Below are positions 26,001-38,984 of a DNA stretch of 64,000 bases, piece by piece. Made by a program: the position numbers and the translations under genes. The stretch is taken from the NCBI GenBank assembly GCA_002269645.1, contig NIVC01002138.1, positions 1-64,000 on the forward strand, in the 5' to 3' direction. The notes under the pieces are model-generated. The model did no database searches and was not told the origin of the DNA. It was given only the letters and a program-made list of their open reading frames with translations. Numbering within the stretch: the stretch's first letter is position 1; each line of letters begins with the position of its first letter. The DNA is from Macrostomum lignano. Its lineage: Eukaryota.

Positions 26001-27789
26001 ACCAATATATATTTCAATGTCTTTAATAATACTTCAAGAGTAGAAGGAAATATGTATGCATAGAGAGGTACGAGTTTTCTCCTAAATTAACTTTTTTAAA
26101 TTTTGTAAAGGAAGGAATACAAAAAAATCGAACTGTTGTGTAAAAAGTTCGAAATAACTGTAACTGTTCGTATTTCATTAGTATTTTTTAGCGTGGCATA
26201 TTTTAAGCAACAATGAATAAACCTAGACGTTAATCTTTGTTTTAACACACTGTAAGTGTAAATTAAAATTTCGAGGCGTGCGTCCATTACATCGTTTTTC
26301 AATTTTCGCATGTCTGCGAAAGATTACGTGGCATGTCTGCTTTTTCGAAACAAAATTTGGTGCAGCAACGATTATGACGCTTTAAGTTCTTAAAACAATT
26401 AAACAATTAACAATTAAAACAATTATACATACAAAAAATGATATTTCATTACAACTCTTTGTATAACTTATTCACATTGTATTATTAAAAGAACTAACTT
26501 CAAAAGTTTTGTAGCTACTTTTTACTTTTTCTTTTAAATATTTCTAGTTGTTTTGTCTATTAGTAGACAATATGTGGCAGAAAAAATGATTGCATACCAA
26601 ACAAATCTTTTTCAAATTGATTTGAGTTTTGGTTAAAGTTAAAGGATCAACATTCTTTACCTATAGGCCTAACAAACCTTTGCCTAGATAAATAGATTTT
26701 TCATTAGAGCTAAGGCCTAATTAGAATCAGTGTTACATATTAGACCATTAATAAATGTTAATGAGAATTAAAGATTTTTCATTAACTTTAATAGACTGAC
26801 ATTTAGATTTTTTGCATTAATGCCAATAGATTAACAAACTTATGTTAGGCCCTATACTTTGGAAAGCATATATCATATTGAAAAATTCTAGCATGCATTT
26901 AGTTTCGCTTGCTATCTGTGGGATGCTTGCTATCTGCAGTTAGTTACTCTTGGAAGGGGGGTGCTTGCTATCTGGGGGATGTTTTCTATTTAGGGGGAAC
27001 GTCTGTTATCTTTGTGAAGGCTTTGTTTTGTCGTCTTTGTTGATTTTAGAAAAAAAGAGGTTCATATCAAATATCTTTGTCCGTGACAATTTTACTCGAA
27101 TAAGGTGATTTATAAAACTGAAGAAGAAATTGATTCCTAAAAAAATGTGCTTTGGATGGATTTGCATGAATAATGTTTGTTCCTTGCTTATTGGGCGCCC
27201 CGAAGGGTGCACTAGATTGCCAATTTGTATCTAAATTCTGAATTAGCATTCTGACATGTCCCGCACATGCCAACTCCCTACAGTGTGGACCCATTCCTAA
27301 AAAAGAATGGTACGACCTCAAGGCGCCATTTATGTTCGAGAAGCGCTCCTGCGGCAAGACCCTGATGACCCGTAGTGCCGGCACCCGGCTGGCCAGCGAC
27401 TCGCTGAACTGAAAGGCCGCGTATTAGAATATGTCGCTTGGCGATTTGAAAACCAACGATAACGACTCGGCATTCCGCAAATTTAAACTGCAAGTCGAAT
27501 TGGTCCAAGGCAAGCATTGTCTGACCAATTTCTACGGCATGAACCTGACTAAGGACAAGCTGTGCACTCTGCTCAAGAAGTGGCAGTCTACTATAGAGGC
27601 CCACGTGGACGTCAAGACCGCTGACGGCTACTTGCTGCGCTTCTTTGTCATCGGATTCACTAAGAAGCGAATGAACCAGATTTAAGAAGCACGCCTATGC
27701 CCAGTCTACTCAGGTTAGTGAAATTTGGCCCTAGTTAGTGAGATAAGATAATGGAGTCTTTAATTAAAATAGTGGCATCTTCGATTAAG

Positions 27790-30757
27790 ATAATGGCCTC
27801 TTTGATTGTTAAGAAATGGCGTCTGACATTGAGATAATGGCATCTTTGTTTCTTAACGAATGGCGCCTCAGATTGAGATAATGGCATCCTTAATTCTTAA
27901 CAAATGGCGCCTCACATTGAGATAATGGCATCCCTGATTCATGACAAATGGCGCCTCACATTGAGATAATGGCATCTTTGATTCTTTACAAATGGCGCCT
28001 CACATTGAGATAATGGCATCCCTGATTCATGACAAATGGCGCCTCACATTGAGATAATGGCATCTTTGATTCTTTACAAATGGCGCCTCACATTGAGATA
28101 ATGGCATCTTTGATTCTTTACAAATGGCGCCTCACATTGAGATAATGGCATCTTTGATTCTTAACAAATGGCGCCTCACATTGAGATAATGGCATCTTTG
28201 ATTCTTTACAAATGGCGCCTCACATTGAGATAATGGCATCTTTTATTCTTTACAAATGGCGCCTCACATTGAGATAATGGCATCCCTGATTCATGACAAA
28301 TGGCGCCTCACATTGAGATAATGGCATCTTCAGTGTTGGGCAAGTTACTCAAAAAAAGTAACTTGCGTTACTGTAACTTAAGTTACCAATTTTTAAAAAG
28401 TAACTTACGTTAGCCTAGTAACTTTAGACAAAAACCTGGTAACTTTTAAGTTACTGTCCGTTACTCACTTCCGTTACCCATGTTATTAACAAAATTTTCT
28501 GCTTTTTTCACATTGCACATTTTTTCACATTGTTGTTACCGAAATTTGCCATTGGGCATTGGAATTAACCGATTTTTAACAGACAGAGACAGGAATTGGC
28601 GACACGATGTGAGGCAAGTACAGTGAAGGACCAATGGGCAATGGTAATCAATAATTAAATTATAAATGATAAAATAAACAAATATCAATAATTCAGTAGA
28701 GTAAAATAAATAGAACTGTATAAAATGGTGTAGTGTACTGCAGTGCCAGTGGAGGGACTTGTGGAGGCTACAGATGAATTTCTTTCTTTGTTTGTTTGTT
28801 TGAATAAAACTTGAAATTTTTAGTAACTTGAAAATGAATGGCGAAAATATTACAAAGTAAAACATGTTTCAAGTATTTATTCATTAATTAAGTGCAATAC
28901 CATATGATACTATTCACTTAATTTTGAATTTAGGAATGAAAAATGCAAAAACGTGACAACCGGCGTACTAGCTATAGGCGTTTCAGTTTTAAATTTAAAT
29001 ATTGCGATTGTTGCAAAGTAACTGTAACGGACTTCCGAAATTTGAGTAACTTACCGTTACTCCGTTACTAAAATAAAAAAGTAACTTGCGTAAGGAACGC
29101 TTTACGAAAAAGTAACTTGCGTTACCATTTGCAAGTTACTCGGTAACGGAAGTGCCCAACACTGGGCATCTTTGATTCTTAACAAATGGCGCCTCACATT
29201 GAGATAATGGCATCTTTGATTCTTTACAAATGGCGCCTCACATTGAGATAATGGCATCTTTGATTCTTTACAAATGGCGCCTCACATTGAGATAATGGCA
29301 TCTTTGATTCTTTACAAATGGCGCCTCACATTGAGATAATGGCATCTTTGATTCTTAACAAATGGCGCCTCACATTGAGATAATGGCATCTTTGATTCTT
29401 TACAAATGGCGCCTCACATTGAGATAATGGCATCCCTGATTCATGACAAATGGCGCCTCACATTGAGATAATGGCATCTTTGATTCTTAACAAATGGCGC
29501 CTCACATTGAGATAATGGCATCTTTGATTCTTAACAAATGGCGCCTCACATTGAGATAATGGCATCCCTGATTCATGACAAATGGCGCCTCACATTGAGA
29601 TAATGGCATCTTTGATTCTTTACAAATGGCGCCTCACATTGAGATAATGGCATCTTTGATTCTTTACAAATGGCGCCTCACATTGAGATAATGGCATCTT
29701 TGATTCTTTACAAATGGCGCCTCACATTGAGATAATGGCATCTTTGATTCTTTACAAATGGCGCCTCACATTGAGATAATGACATCTTTTATTCTTTACA
29801 AATGGCGCCTCACATTGAGATAATGGCATCCCTGATTCATGACAAATGGCGCCTCACATTGAGATAATGGCATCTTTGATTCTTAACAAATGGCGCCTCA
29901 CATTGAGATAATGGCATCTTTGATTCTTTACAAATGGCGCCTCACATTGAGATAATGGCATCTTTGATTCTTTACAAATGGCGCCTCACATTGAGATAAT
30001 GGCATCTTTGATTCTTTACAAATGGCGCCTCACATTGAGATAATGGCATCTTTGATTCTTAACAAATGGCGCCTCACATTGAGATAATGGCATCTTTGAT
30101 TCTTTACAAATGGCGCCTCACATTGAGATAATGGCATCCCTGATTCATGACAAATGGCGCCTCACATTGAGATAATGGCATCTTTGATTCTTAACAAATG
30201 GCGCCTCACATTGAGATAATGGCATCTTTGATTCTTAACAAATGGCGCCTCACATTGAGATAATGGCATCCCTGATTCATGACAAATGGCGCCTCACATT
30301 GAGATAATGGCATCCCTGATTCATGACAAATGGCGCCTCACATTGAGATAATGGCATCTTTGATTCTTAACAAATGGCGCCTCACATTGAGATAATGGCA
30401 TCTTTGATTCTTTACAAATGGCGCCTCACATTGAGATAATGGCATCTTTGATTTCTAACAAATGGCGCCTCACATTGAGATAATGGCATCTTTGATTCTT
30501 TACAAATGGCGCCTCACATTGAGATAATGGCATCTTTGATTCTTAACAAATGGCGCCTCACATTGAGATAATGGCATCCCTGATTCATGACAAATGGCGC
30601 CTCACATTGAGATAATGGCATCTTTGATTCTTAACAAATGGCGCCTCACATTTAGATAATGGAATCCCTGATTCATGACAAATGGTGGCCTCACATTGAG
30701 ATAATGGCATCCCTGATTCATGACAAATGGCGCCTCACATTGAGATAATGGCATCTT
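27790..30757. repeat. 44-bp minisatellite (aaatggcgcctcacattgagataatggcatctttgattctttac) in the RPS3A-like intron, split by a hAT element
   Basis: Roughly 12 units before and 36 after the insertion; three recurring unit variants. Confidence 0.95.
28331..29164. mobile_element. Non-autonomous hAT-superfamily DNA transposon (834 bp)
   Basis: TIR cagtgttgggca / tgcccaacactg. Perfect 8-bp TSD ggcatctt (28323-28330 and 29165-29172). Many subterminal gtaact/agttac motifs; no transposase ORF. Confidence 0.9.
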
Positions 30758-31309
30758 TTCCCAACCACAGGTTAGCCGCATCCGTCGCAAGATGCTGGAG
30801 ATCGTGAATCGGGAGTGTTCAGTTGAGCTGAAGGACGTGGTGAACCGGCTGATCCCAGACAGCATCGGCCGCAAGATTGAGAAGGCTGCCGGCTCAATCT
30901 TCCCGATGCACGACGTTCACGTGCGCAAAGTGAAAGTGTTGAGAAAGCCGAAGGCAGAACTGGGCAAAATTATAGAGCTGCATGGTGTGAAAGTCGCCCG
31001 GCTGGATGGGTACGAGCCGCCCGTGCTCAAGTCCGTGTGAGCACGGCGTCATCATGTTTAACATTTTCCGCCTGTCTTGTGGAGTTCTGTTGCAATAGAA
31101 AATATTTTACCTGAGCAAATACACGCAAATGCTCTGTTAGCCCGTTTTAAAGCTTTGAGCTATGCAGATTTAGCCTTGGAGACAAATTTCGCTGAATTGA
31201 CTTGAATTACTGCGAGATTTATTGTATACTGCTAAAAGTAGCATAAATGGCACACATCAGCTTCTGAGCAGCCAATTAGGTCTGAAATTCTTAATCCATC
31301 AGGACCTGG

Positions 31310-31705
31310 TCCTGAAGACTCCATGAGGTGTAAATTCATCAGGACCTGAAGACTCCATGAGATGTGAGTCCATCAGGGCCTGAAGACTCCATGAGACGTG
31401 AGTCCATCAGGGCCTGAAGACTCCATGAGATGTGAGTCCATCAGGGCCTGAAGACTCCATGAGACGTGAGTCCATCAGGGCCTGAAGACTCCATGAGATG
31501 TGAGTCCATCAGGGCCTGAAGACTCCATGAGACGTGAGTCCATCAGGGCCTGAAGACTCCATGAGATATGAGTCCATCAGGGCCTGAAGACTCCATGGGG
31601 CTTGAATCCATCAGAGCCTGAAGACTCCATGAGGTGTGAGTCCCTCAGGGCCTGAAGACTCCATGAGGTGTGTCCCTCAGGGCCTGAAGACTCCTTGAGG
31701 TCTCA
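31310..31705. repeat. 34-bp minisatellite (gactccatgagatgtgagtccatcagggcctgaa)
   Basis: Read directly; each unit has an internal gactc/gagtc inverted pair. Confidence 0.93.
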
Positions 31706-32449
31706 CCCCATCAGTGCCTGAAGAGTAATCAAATTAGGAATTAAATTAAGAATATACCTGCGTTTTACTTTCCCAAGCAACCAAAACTGGTTTTTAAAGA
31801 TGTTAAACACACGCGGCTATTGTTTAAATTGAATGGTATCTTTGCACAGTCTCACTCAAAGGTGGCATTTTGGTGCCTGGATAATTAATTACCTTATAAG
31901 TCAGATAAGTTAATGAAAACGTCGCAGTGACTAGACAGCATGTGTGACCCTATTTTTTATTTAAGGGGACACAACGTGGGCTACAATTATTTACAATATG
32001 TCAGCTTAAAGTGCTTTGAGGTAATTATTTTCCAAATTTGCGGAAATTAATCTCGGGTATGACATTCCTAAAATTTTACTGCCAATAGTTTAATCAAACA
32101 CTTTTCATTTATGATCATAAAATGGTGGGGGCGTTGTAAAAATGAAACAGAATTCCGCGTAAATTATTATTACATGTAACAGCATTTACCTCAGCCAAAC
32201 AATGAACGAGTGTAGTGAGTAGCGATAAAAGTTTTCTCACTTTGAGTTCGACTTGTTCTCACCTATTAAGCAACTCCAAGTAAGCCACACATGCACTCTA
32301 ATTAATCGATGAAGCTTTTCCAAGGATGCTGCATATGTGCGAGCGAGCATGCGAATTTTCATCACCGGATGGAGCAATGTCAAAAAGGATGATTTATGAG
32401 TCTGTGAATGAAAAAACCTTATCAACAGTGATCAATGCTTGATTGCAAC

Positions 32450-33000
32450 TGTCTAACATCTAATCTGGGTTGTAGATCAACTGTCTTACATCTAATCTGG
32501 GTTGTAGATCAACTGTCAGACATCTAAACTGGGTTGTAGACCAACTGTCTGACATCTAAACTGGGTTGTAGACCAACTGTCTGACATATAATCTGGGTTG
32601 TAGATCAACTGACTGACATCTAATCTGGGTTGTAAATCAACTGTCTGACATCTAATCTGGGTTGTAGATCAACTGTCTGCCATTTAATCTGGGTTGTAGA
32701 TCAACTGTCTGGCATTTAATCTGGGTTGTAGATCAACTGTCTGACATCTAATCTGGGTTGTAAATCAACTGTCTGACATCTAATCTGGGTTGTAGATCAA
32801 CTGCCAGGCATCTAAACTGGGTTGTAGATCAACTGTCAGGCATCTAAACTGGGTTGTAGACCAACTGTCAGGCATCTAAACTGGGTTGTAGATCAACTGT
32901 CAGGCATCTAAACTGGGTTGTAGACCAACTGTCAGGCATCTAAACTGGGTTGTAGATCAACTGTCAGGCATCTAAACTGGGTTGTAGATCAACTGTCAGA
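32450..33000. repeat. 32-bp minisatellite (catctaatctgggttgtagatcaactgtctga)
   Basis: About 17 units, just downstream of the noggin stop. Confidence 0.93.
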
Positions 33001-33096
33001 CCGAATAGTCGAGAGCAATACTTCCTTAGTCTTTCAGAGCTGACATGCAGTCAGCGGGGCGGTGCATCACCATTATCGGCAGCGCTGTGCCGCAGG

Positions 33097-35186
33097 TCAG
33101 CAGCGGCATGCGCAGGTCTGCAAGACGCTGACGCTCTGCTTCACCCAGCGGCACTGGGAACGGCGACAGCGCTTCGGGCACAGGTAGCGCAGCACCTGCA
33201 GCTGCCGGTGCCTCTCGGGCCTGCAGCGCATCCCCGGTGGAACGGAGCAGCTGCCGCCGTACTCGGAGCCGGCGCATTCGCCAGCACGAAGCCAGCGCGG
33301 CCAGAATGCTTTGCCGAGGTCGCGCCACCACAGCCTCACGGGGCAGGCCGAGTACGCCCACAGGAATTTGCGCAGCTGGCGTTTCTGCTGGCGTTGAAGG
33401 AAGCGAAGCCGGAGGTGCCGGCCGTAGGGTAGGCGGACGGATCGGCGAGGCAGCAGCTGGCCGAGGCGGGGCAGCCGGCCGGGCATGCGCGGGTAGTCCA
33501 GCTCTTCGGTGTCCTCGGGCGCGTCAACTCGCATGTAGCTGGGCTGGTAGTTGTAGAAGCCTGGATTGGAGGATCGCGGTGCGTGGACTGCTGATGAGTT
33601 CTGTCATGGACAACTTACGATTGGATGTCCGGAACTCTTTTTATTTCCAGAGCGAAAACAACTTTGGCGTCAACCAATGTACTTGTAAAAGCGATGGTTT
33701 GTCTTTATAACAGGCTTGTACAAAACGTTATGTGAAACGATAAACAGTAAAAACACAAAACTTCACACACTTACTCGTATTCTTCAGGAGGAGTCCAGGT
33801 CTTCCTTCCCATTTCAAATGGCTATTGTCTATTGTCTCATAAAAGGGGCATGTCAGGATCTTTAAAATCCATAAGATCCAGAGTAGCTACTTTAGAAGGT
33901 TAACTAAAAAGCAGCTAAAATTCTTTGCTACACTACTCACAAAAGACAAACCCGTATAGTAGTGCTAAACGAATGCTGCTGTATAAAAATTGGGTGGCAC
34001 TGGAGAAAATGTCTATGGCATGAAACAGGTTTTGAAGCGAATGCCAAAGTTAAAAGCAGCGCAAGCAACCTGCAGAGGGTTGAAGATATCACAGGCAGAA
34101 GTTCGTGGCCAGCTGTTTTCTTTCGAACAAAAAGTAAATGGTGGGACATTTTTCAACAAAAAGCGACTCGCGGAAAGCCCCGATTGCACCTGACTGACTT
34201 TGCGCAGCCAGTCGGAGTCTCAGCACCGCACTGCACCACTGTTGCTGAGGGGCGGTGCTCCTGTTTTGAAAGCGACCCTGCGTCAACAGGCCAGGAGGCG
34301 ATGCTATTAGTGGCCCACCAGAAGCATTCCAGCAGCGCAACTGGCGCGCATGTGAACTGTTCACGAGAGCCGTGCTTCATTTTTTCTCCCGCTGGGTCCA
34401 CGCCGCATTTGCGGCCCTCGAGTGCCACCCTCGGGCTTGAACGCTTTTCTTTGAAAGGGTCACCTATTGGCAGTTTAAACCTCACTTCTTGCTCAGTCAC
34501 CTAACACAGCATCACTGATCAGGCACTGACACAGCATCACTGATTAGGGATCAGGCACCTGACACAGCACCACTGATGAGGCACCTGACACAGCATCACT
34601 GATCAGACACCTGACACAGCATCACTGATCAGACACCTGACACAGCATCACTGATCAGGCACTGACACAGCATCACTGATTAGGGATCAGGCACCTGACA
34701 CAGCATCACTGATCAGAGGATTAAGCACTGACACAGAATCACTGATCAGGCACCTGACACAGCATCACTGATCAGACACCTAACACAGCATCACTGATCA
34801 GGCACTGACACAGCATCACTGATTAGGGATCAGGCACCTGACACAGCATCACTGATCAGGCACTCACCCAGCATCTCAAGCATCTGGCCTGGCCGCAGCA
34901 GCACTTCAGCGCGGTCAAACTCTTGCTCGTCAACAAGCGACGGCGAGGGCGGAGGCGGCCGCAGCACCCCGGACTCCCTCAGCGGATCGTAGCGAGTCGC
35001 CTGGTTGCTCCGCAGGCGGTGCCACATGGTTTCAGCCAGGCTGCGACTGTCGTTGACTGCCGTGCTGATCGCTGAGCCATCGCTGACCGCGGAAGGCGAA
35101 CCAGCGGCCGCGGCAGCTTCGGCCACAAATGCTACTAGTAGCAGCAGCAGAAACGGCGACAAAGCTCGGGGCACAAACTGGGCCAT
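33097..35186 (-). CDS. nog: Noggin (BMP antagonist), 260 aa, 2 exons
   Basis: Exons 35186-34868 and 33560-33097, phase-1 GT-AG. Signal peptide, clip-like LRPPPPSPSLVD, MLGFYNYQPSYM, basic region RFLQRQQKRQLRKFLW, and cystine knot CPVRLWWRDLGKAFWPRWLRAGEC...CSVPPGMRCRP...CRW...CACRC. Confidence 0.92.
34502..34866 (-). repeat. 26-bp minisatellite (gtgcctgatcagtgatgctgtgtcag) starting at the noggin intron donor
   Basis: About 13 units with 7-bp insertion variants. Confidence 0.92.
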
Positions 35187-36431
35187 ATTGGCTTGAAAAT
35201 TTCTGCGATCAACTCTGCTTCAACTTGAATTCGCTTCAATATCGTCCTTGTCTAAAAGTTGCAGCACTCGGGGATGGGCCGAGGCTAGAACCCGCTTGGA
35301 ATGGCTCTGGCCACAGCGGGCCAATCAGGGCCTGTGGAGGCGATGAATCTGCCTTGGCCCAAGAGCTCCATAGCACAGCTGCCAACCAAGAGAAGGCGTT
35401 TGGTCAGAGCCCGAGTGACGCGACATCCCCCCTCTCACCTCCCATTATAACCGGTGCTATTAATTGGTGTCGGCAATTAACAGCACCTGCTGCGTCGTAG
35501 AAGCGCGCTCGCCTTACTATATATATGCATTTATAAGGAGCTGTATAAGCAGACGCCGCCAGTTCATGATGCAGCTGCCTCTTGATTTTTAGGCGACGAC
35601 GGTGCGACTCTCACTCTCTCTCTCTATCGGTGGGACAGCCCAGCAGCTGGAAAGTGGCGCCGTGGTGGCGCAGAAGAGGTGTGAAAAGCGATAGAGTGGT
35701 TCTGTGTGTGTGCCCAACGGCGACGAGACGTCTAGGCGTCTAACCAGTCATCAACACTTCCTTCCCCTCCTGCACCCACACACTCACTCTCCCTCCGCCT
35801 CGGCCTTGTGGCGGCGCGCGCTCCGCCCCGTTCCTCCCGCATAGCCCTGCTGTAGCCTAAGAGAAGGCGGCGGCGGCACATTCCTTTGTACCGCGGCGAC
35901 ACAAGGCCTGGCACGCGTTCTCCTCCGATTTGAGGAGCGGCAACCACTCCGCACTCTTGAAAACCAGATCCCACTCTCTTCATCAGACGGCCGACGCTTT
36001 TGAGAACGGAGAGAAAGCAATTTAAACTGCCAGCGGGAAACATGATTTATCACACCGGCTGGAAGCAAAACTTACCAAAAGATGCACCTGTTCAGGAATT
36101 GTCTCTTCGCAGAAAGAAAAAGGAAGCTTTTACCTGCAAGCTATAAATGACACAATTTGACTAATTGGTAGCATATCGCTTGGAACAGCCTTGTGAAAGA
36201 TGATGAATGGTTAGGGCCGCGTAGCCACGAGGGGGCATAGACCACACAGAGGGGCCAATGCTTTGTCACAACCCAGCGACCCAACCTTTTTTGTCGAAAA
36301 ATTAGAAAAAAGAGGCTATCAAATAACCAATTGAACGATAAGAGAGGATCTTAGATGATATTGCCATAGAATCAAAGTACGCCCCTAACTACATGCACAA
36401 CACACCGCTACGAGGCACCAGCATACTTAGA

Positions 36432-37070
36432 ACCCAGTCAGTGAAATCCAATCAGTGAGATCCCAGTCAGTAGAATCCCAGTGAAATCCCAGACAGTGAA
36501 ATCCCAGTCAGTGAAATCCCAGTCAGTGAAATCCCAATCAGTGAGATCTCAGTCAGTGAGATCCCAGTCAGTGAAATCCCAGTGAAATCCCAGACAGTGA
36601 AATCCCAGTCAGTGAAATCCCAATCAGTGAGATCCCAGTCAGTGAAATCCTAGTCAGTGAGATCCCAATCAGTGAAATCCCAATCAGTGAGATCCCAATC
36701 AGTGAGATCCCAGTCAGTGAAATCCCAATCAGTGAAATCCCAATCAGTGAGATCCCAGTCAGTGAAATCCCAATCAGTGAGATCCCAGTCAGTGAAATCC
36801 CAATCAGTGAAATCCCAATCAGTGAGATCCCAGTCAGTGAAATCCCAATCAGTGAGATCCCAGTCAGTGAAATCCTAGTCAGTGAGATCCCAGTCAGTGA
36901 AACCCCAATCAGTGAGATCCCAGTCAGTGAAATCCCAATCAGTGAGATCCCAGTCAGTGAAATCCCAATCAGTGAGATCCCAGTCAGTGAAATCCCAATC
37001 AGTTAAATCCCAATCAGTGAGATCCCAGTCAGTGAAATCCCAATCAGTGAGATCCCAATCAGTGAAATCC
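36432..37070. repeat. 15-bp minisatellite (tcagtgaaatcccag)
   Basis: Read directly. It explains the SQSVK ORFs. Confidence 0.95.
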
Positions 37071-37084
37071 AGTGAGCCAGTACA

Positions 37085-37450
37085 GGCAGACAGACAGACA
37101 GACAGACAAACAGACCGACAGCCAGAGACAGACAGACAGACCGACAGCCGGAGACAGACAGACCGACAGCCGAAGACAGACAGACCGACAGCCGGAGACA
37201 GACAGACAGACAGACCGACAGCCAGAGACAGACAAACAGGACAGACAGATTCACACAGGATTTACAGTGGCCTTGACTCTGTCACCATCAGACGTGAGCA
37301 CACGCTGTGCCTTGGCGGTTGGTTCTCAGTCAATTTTCACACACAAGTCCCAAATGAATGCGGCGCACAGAATCGAACCCAGGCCGGGTACCCTGATTCG
37401 AGAGTCGAGACTCGTGAATCGATGAGCTGAGACTGGTGAACAATGATCGA
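37085..37450 (-). mobile_element. tRNA-derived SINE-like element, copy 2, with (TGTC)n-like tail at 37085-37250
   Basis: Weak A-box-like cagctcatcg and B box GGTTCGATTC (37370-37379); similar to 2545-2770. Confidence 0.55.
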
Positions 37451-37964
37451 GTTTGGCATGGCATCAGATCTGCTGCTTTCACAGCTAAAGACGCACACTG
37501 ATCTAATCTAATCAGATTGCTAATCAGTCAACGTCAGGACTTAAAGAGTAAATGACTGTGAAATCTGTCAGAAGCAATTATGAGCTTTATGTAATATAAT
37601 AATACGGGGGAATCAAAATATCCTATGCAGTTTTGACTCGTAAAAATAGTCCAGCAAAATACAATGCGTGTCTTTATTGATCTATTCTGAGCAGTAATTA
37701 TTGGAATCTTCAGCCGGTGCCCGGCACAAATAGTTGATAAAATATATGTACACAGGGAGCTGTGAGAAGCAGGTGCTAGTACCGTGGCTATATTCGAGCG
37801 AATCGCCCTAAGCAACATATTTAACTATAAAATAAAATAGGTTGGCCGCCACCAAATAAGACAGGTGCGTATATTCTATGTATAGATCCGCTCTATATCA
37901 GGCATGAAGTGTTACAAGGAGCAGAAAGTTGAAATAAACATTTCTGTAGAAATCTGTAGCGATT

Positions 37965-38250
37965 AAGGGTGAGGTGAGATGTGGGAGATTTCGGCGTGAT
38001 TAGGGTCAGATTTTAGAGTTGGCGACGTCAGATTGAGGGTGAGATATTGGAGTACGGGTGTGAGATTTAGGGTGCAATAAGGGGTGAGATTTTAGAGTTG
38101 AGGGTGAGATATGGGGCGAGATGTTGAAGTTGGGGGTAAGTTTGAGGGTGAGATATGATATGAGGTGAGATTTGGAGTTGGGGTGAGATATGGAGCAAAA
38201 TGCTGGAGTTGGGGAGTGAGATTGGGGTTAAGATATGGGTTGAGATTGGG
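37965..38250. repeat. Degenerate ~20-bp repeat (gagatttggagttggggtga)
   Basis: Read directly. Confidence 0.75.
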
Positions 38251-38984
38251 GGTAAGACAGAAGGGAACTAAAAACAAAAACCTCCATTATACGCTATACA
38301 TCATATTTTGTTTCCCTAATCCAAAAAAGCAATTTAAAGCAAGAATCCGCAGCAGCAGGGAAGCGAACAAGCGCACAAATAAAACGGAATTTCGAAAATG
38401 CGCAATTTACAAATAGCAGCAATGCATAAAGTTGGGCGTAATAATTATAATTAATGATAAGAACTACGGATGAGGATGAGCCAACAAACGCTGCAATAGA
38501 TCTATATTATACGGTTAGTTCATAGAATTTACGCATCCGTTTTTTGGGTTCAGAGATATTTTTATGTATCGCGTCTAAACTTGTTAAAAACATGCTGACA
38601 GAACATGCTTTTGAATTCTTTGGAATGCACGATTATATAAAAGACTTTGTTCTACTGACTAGTACTATGTTCGGGTCATGAATGCAACCATATATGCGCG
38701 AAATGAAAATGGAGAGTCAAGAGAAAGAGAGAGAGAGCGCCGATACAGGTTCAAAGCACGTCTATTAAGAGAAAGACTGCAAAACAACAAAGGAGAATAA
38801 ACTGTTCCTCGACCAGCCACAGTGAACAGTAGAACAATTAACCGATTATTATTGAAAGATTGGAATAAGTTAGAAAGGTTGAAAGTGGAGTTTGTCTGAG
38901 AGAAATAGGGGGTCAGAGAGGAACAGAGGGATCGAAAATTAGAGAATTTGATGGGACTATCAGAGAAGAGATTACAGAGAGGAT

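Larger units (their letters stand above)
27284..31040 (+). pseudogene. RPS3A: Frameshifted 40S ribosomal protein S3a (eS1)-like gene with intron 27714-30770; first coding exon not found
   Basis: [82 protein letters not shown], then exon 30771-31040 ending [11 protein letters not shown]. Four indels in the first visible exon: -1 near 27297, +5 (ctgaa duplicated at 27404-27413), +1 near 27430, +1 near 27682. Confidence 0.85.

Noticed and set aside
27267-27283. In-frame ATG ([10 protein letters not shown]) as RPS3A start
   Set aside because: It overlaps a good ctacag acceptor in the phase expected for a missing first exon, and the frame breaks a few codons later anyway.
27790-30757. CRISPR-like regular array
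   Set aside because: Units are contiguous with no unique spacers, there are no cas genes, and the context is a eukaryotic intron.
33588-33640. ctgatgag motif with gagttc/gaactc stem (hammerhead ribozyme or C/D snoRNA?)
   Set aside because: No GAAA core or stems I and III in the right geometry, and no properly placed D box. The ctgaaga units at 31310-31705 fail likewise.
33930-34500. Nested gene or TE fragment in the noggin intron, sharing short words with 16215-16810
   Set aside because: Only 10-18 nt matches and no recognisable protein motif; not distinguishable from chance by eye.
37360-37450. tRNA gene
   Set aside because: A B box is present but no cloverleaf can be folded; it fits a SINE head better.
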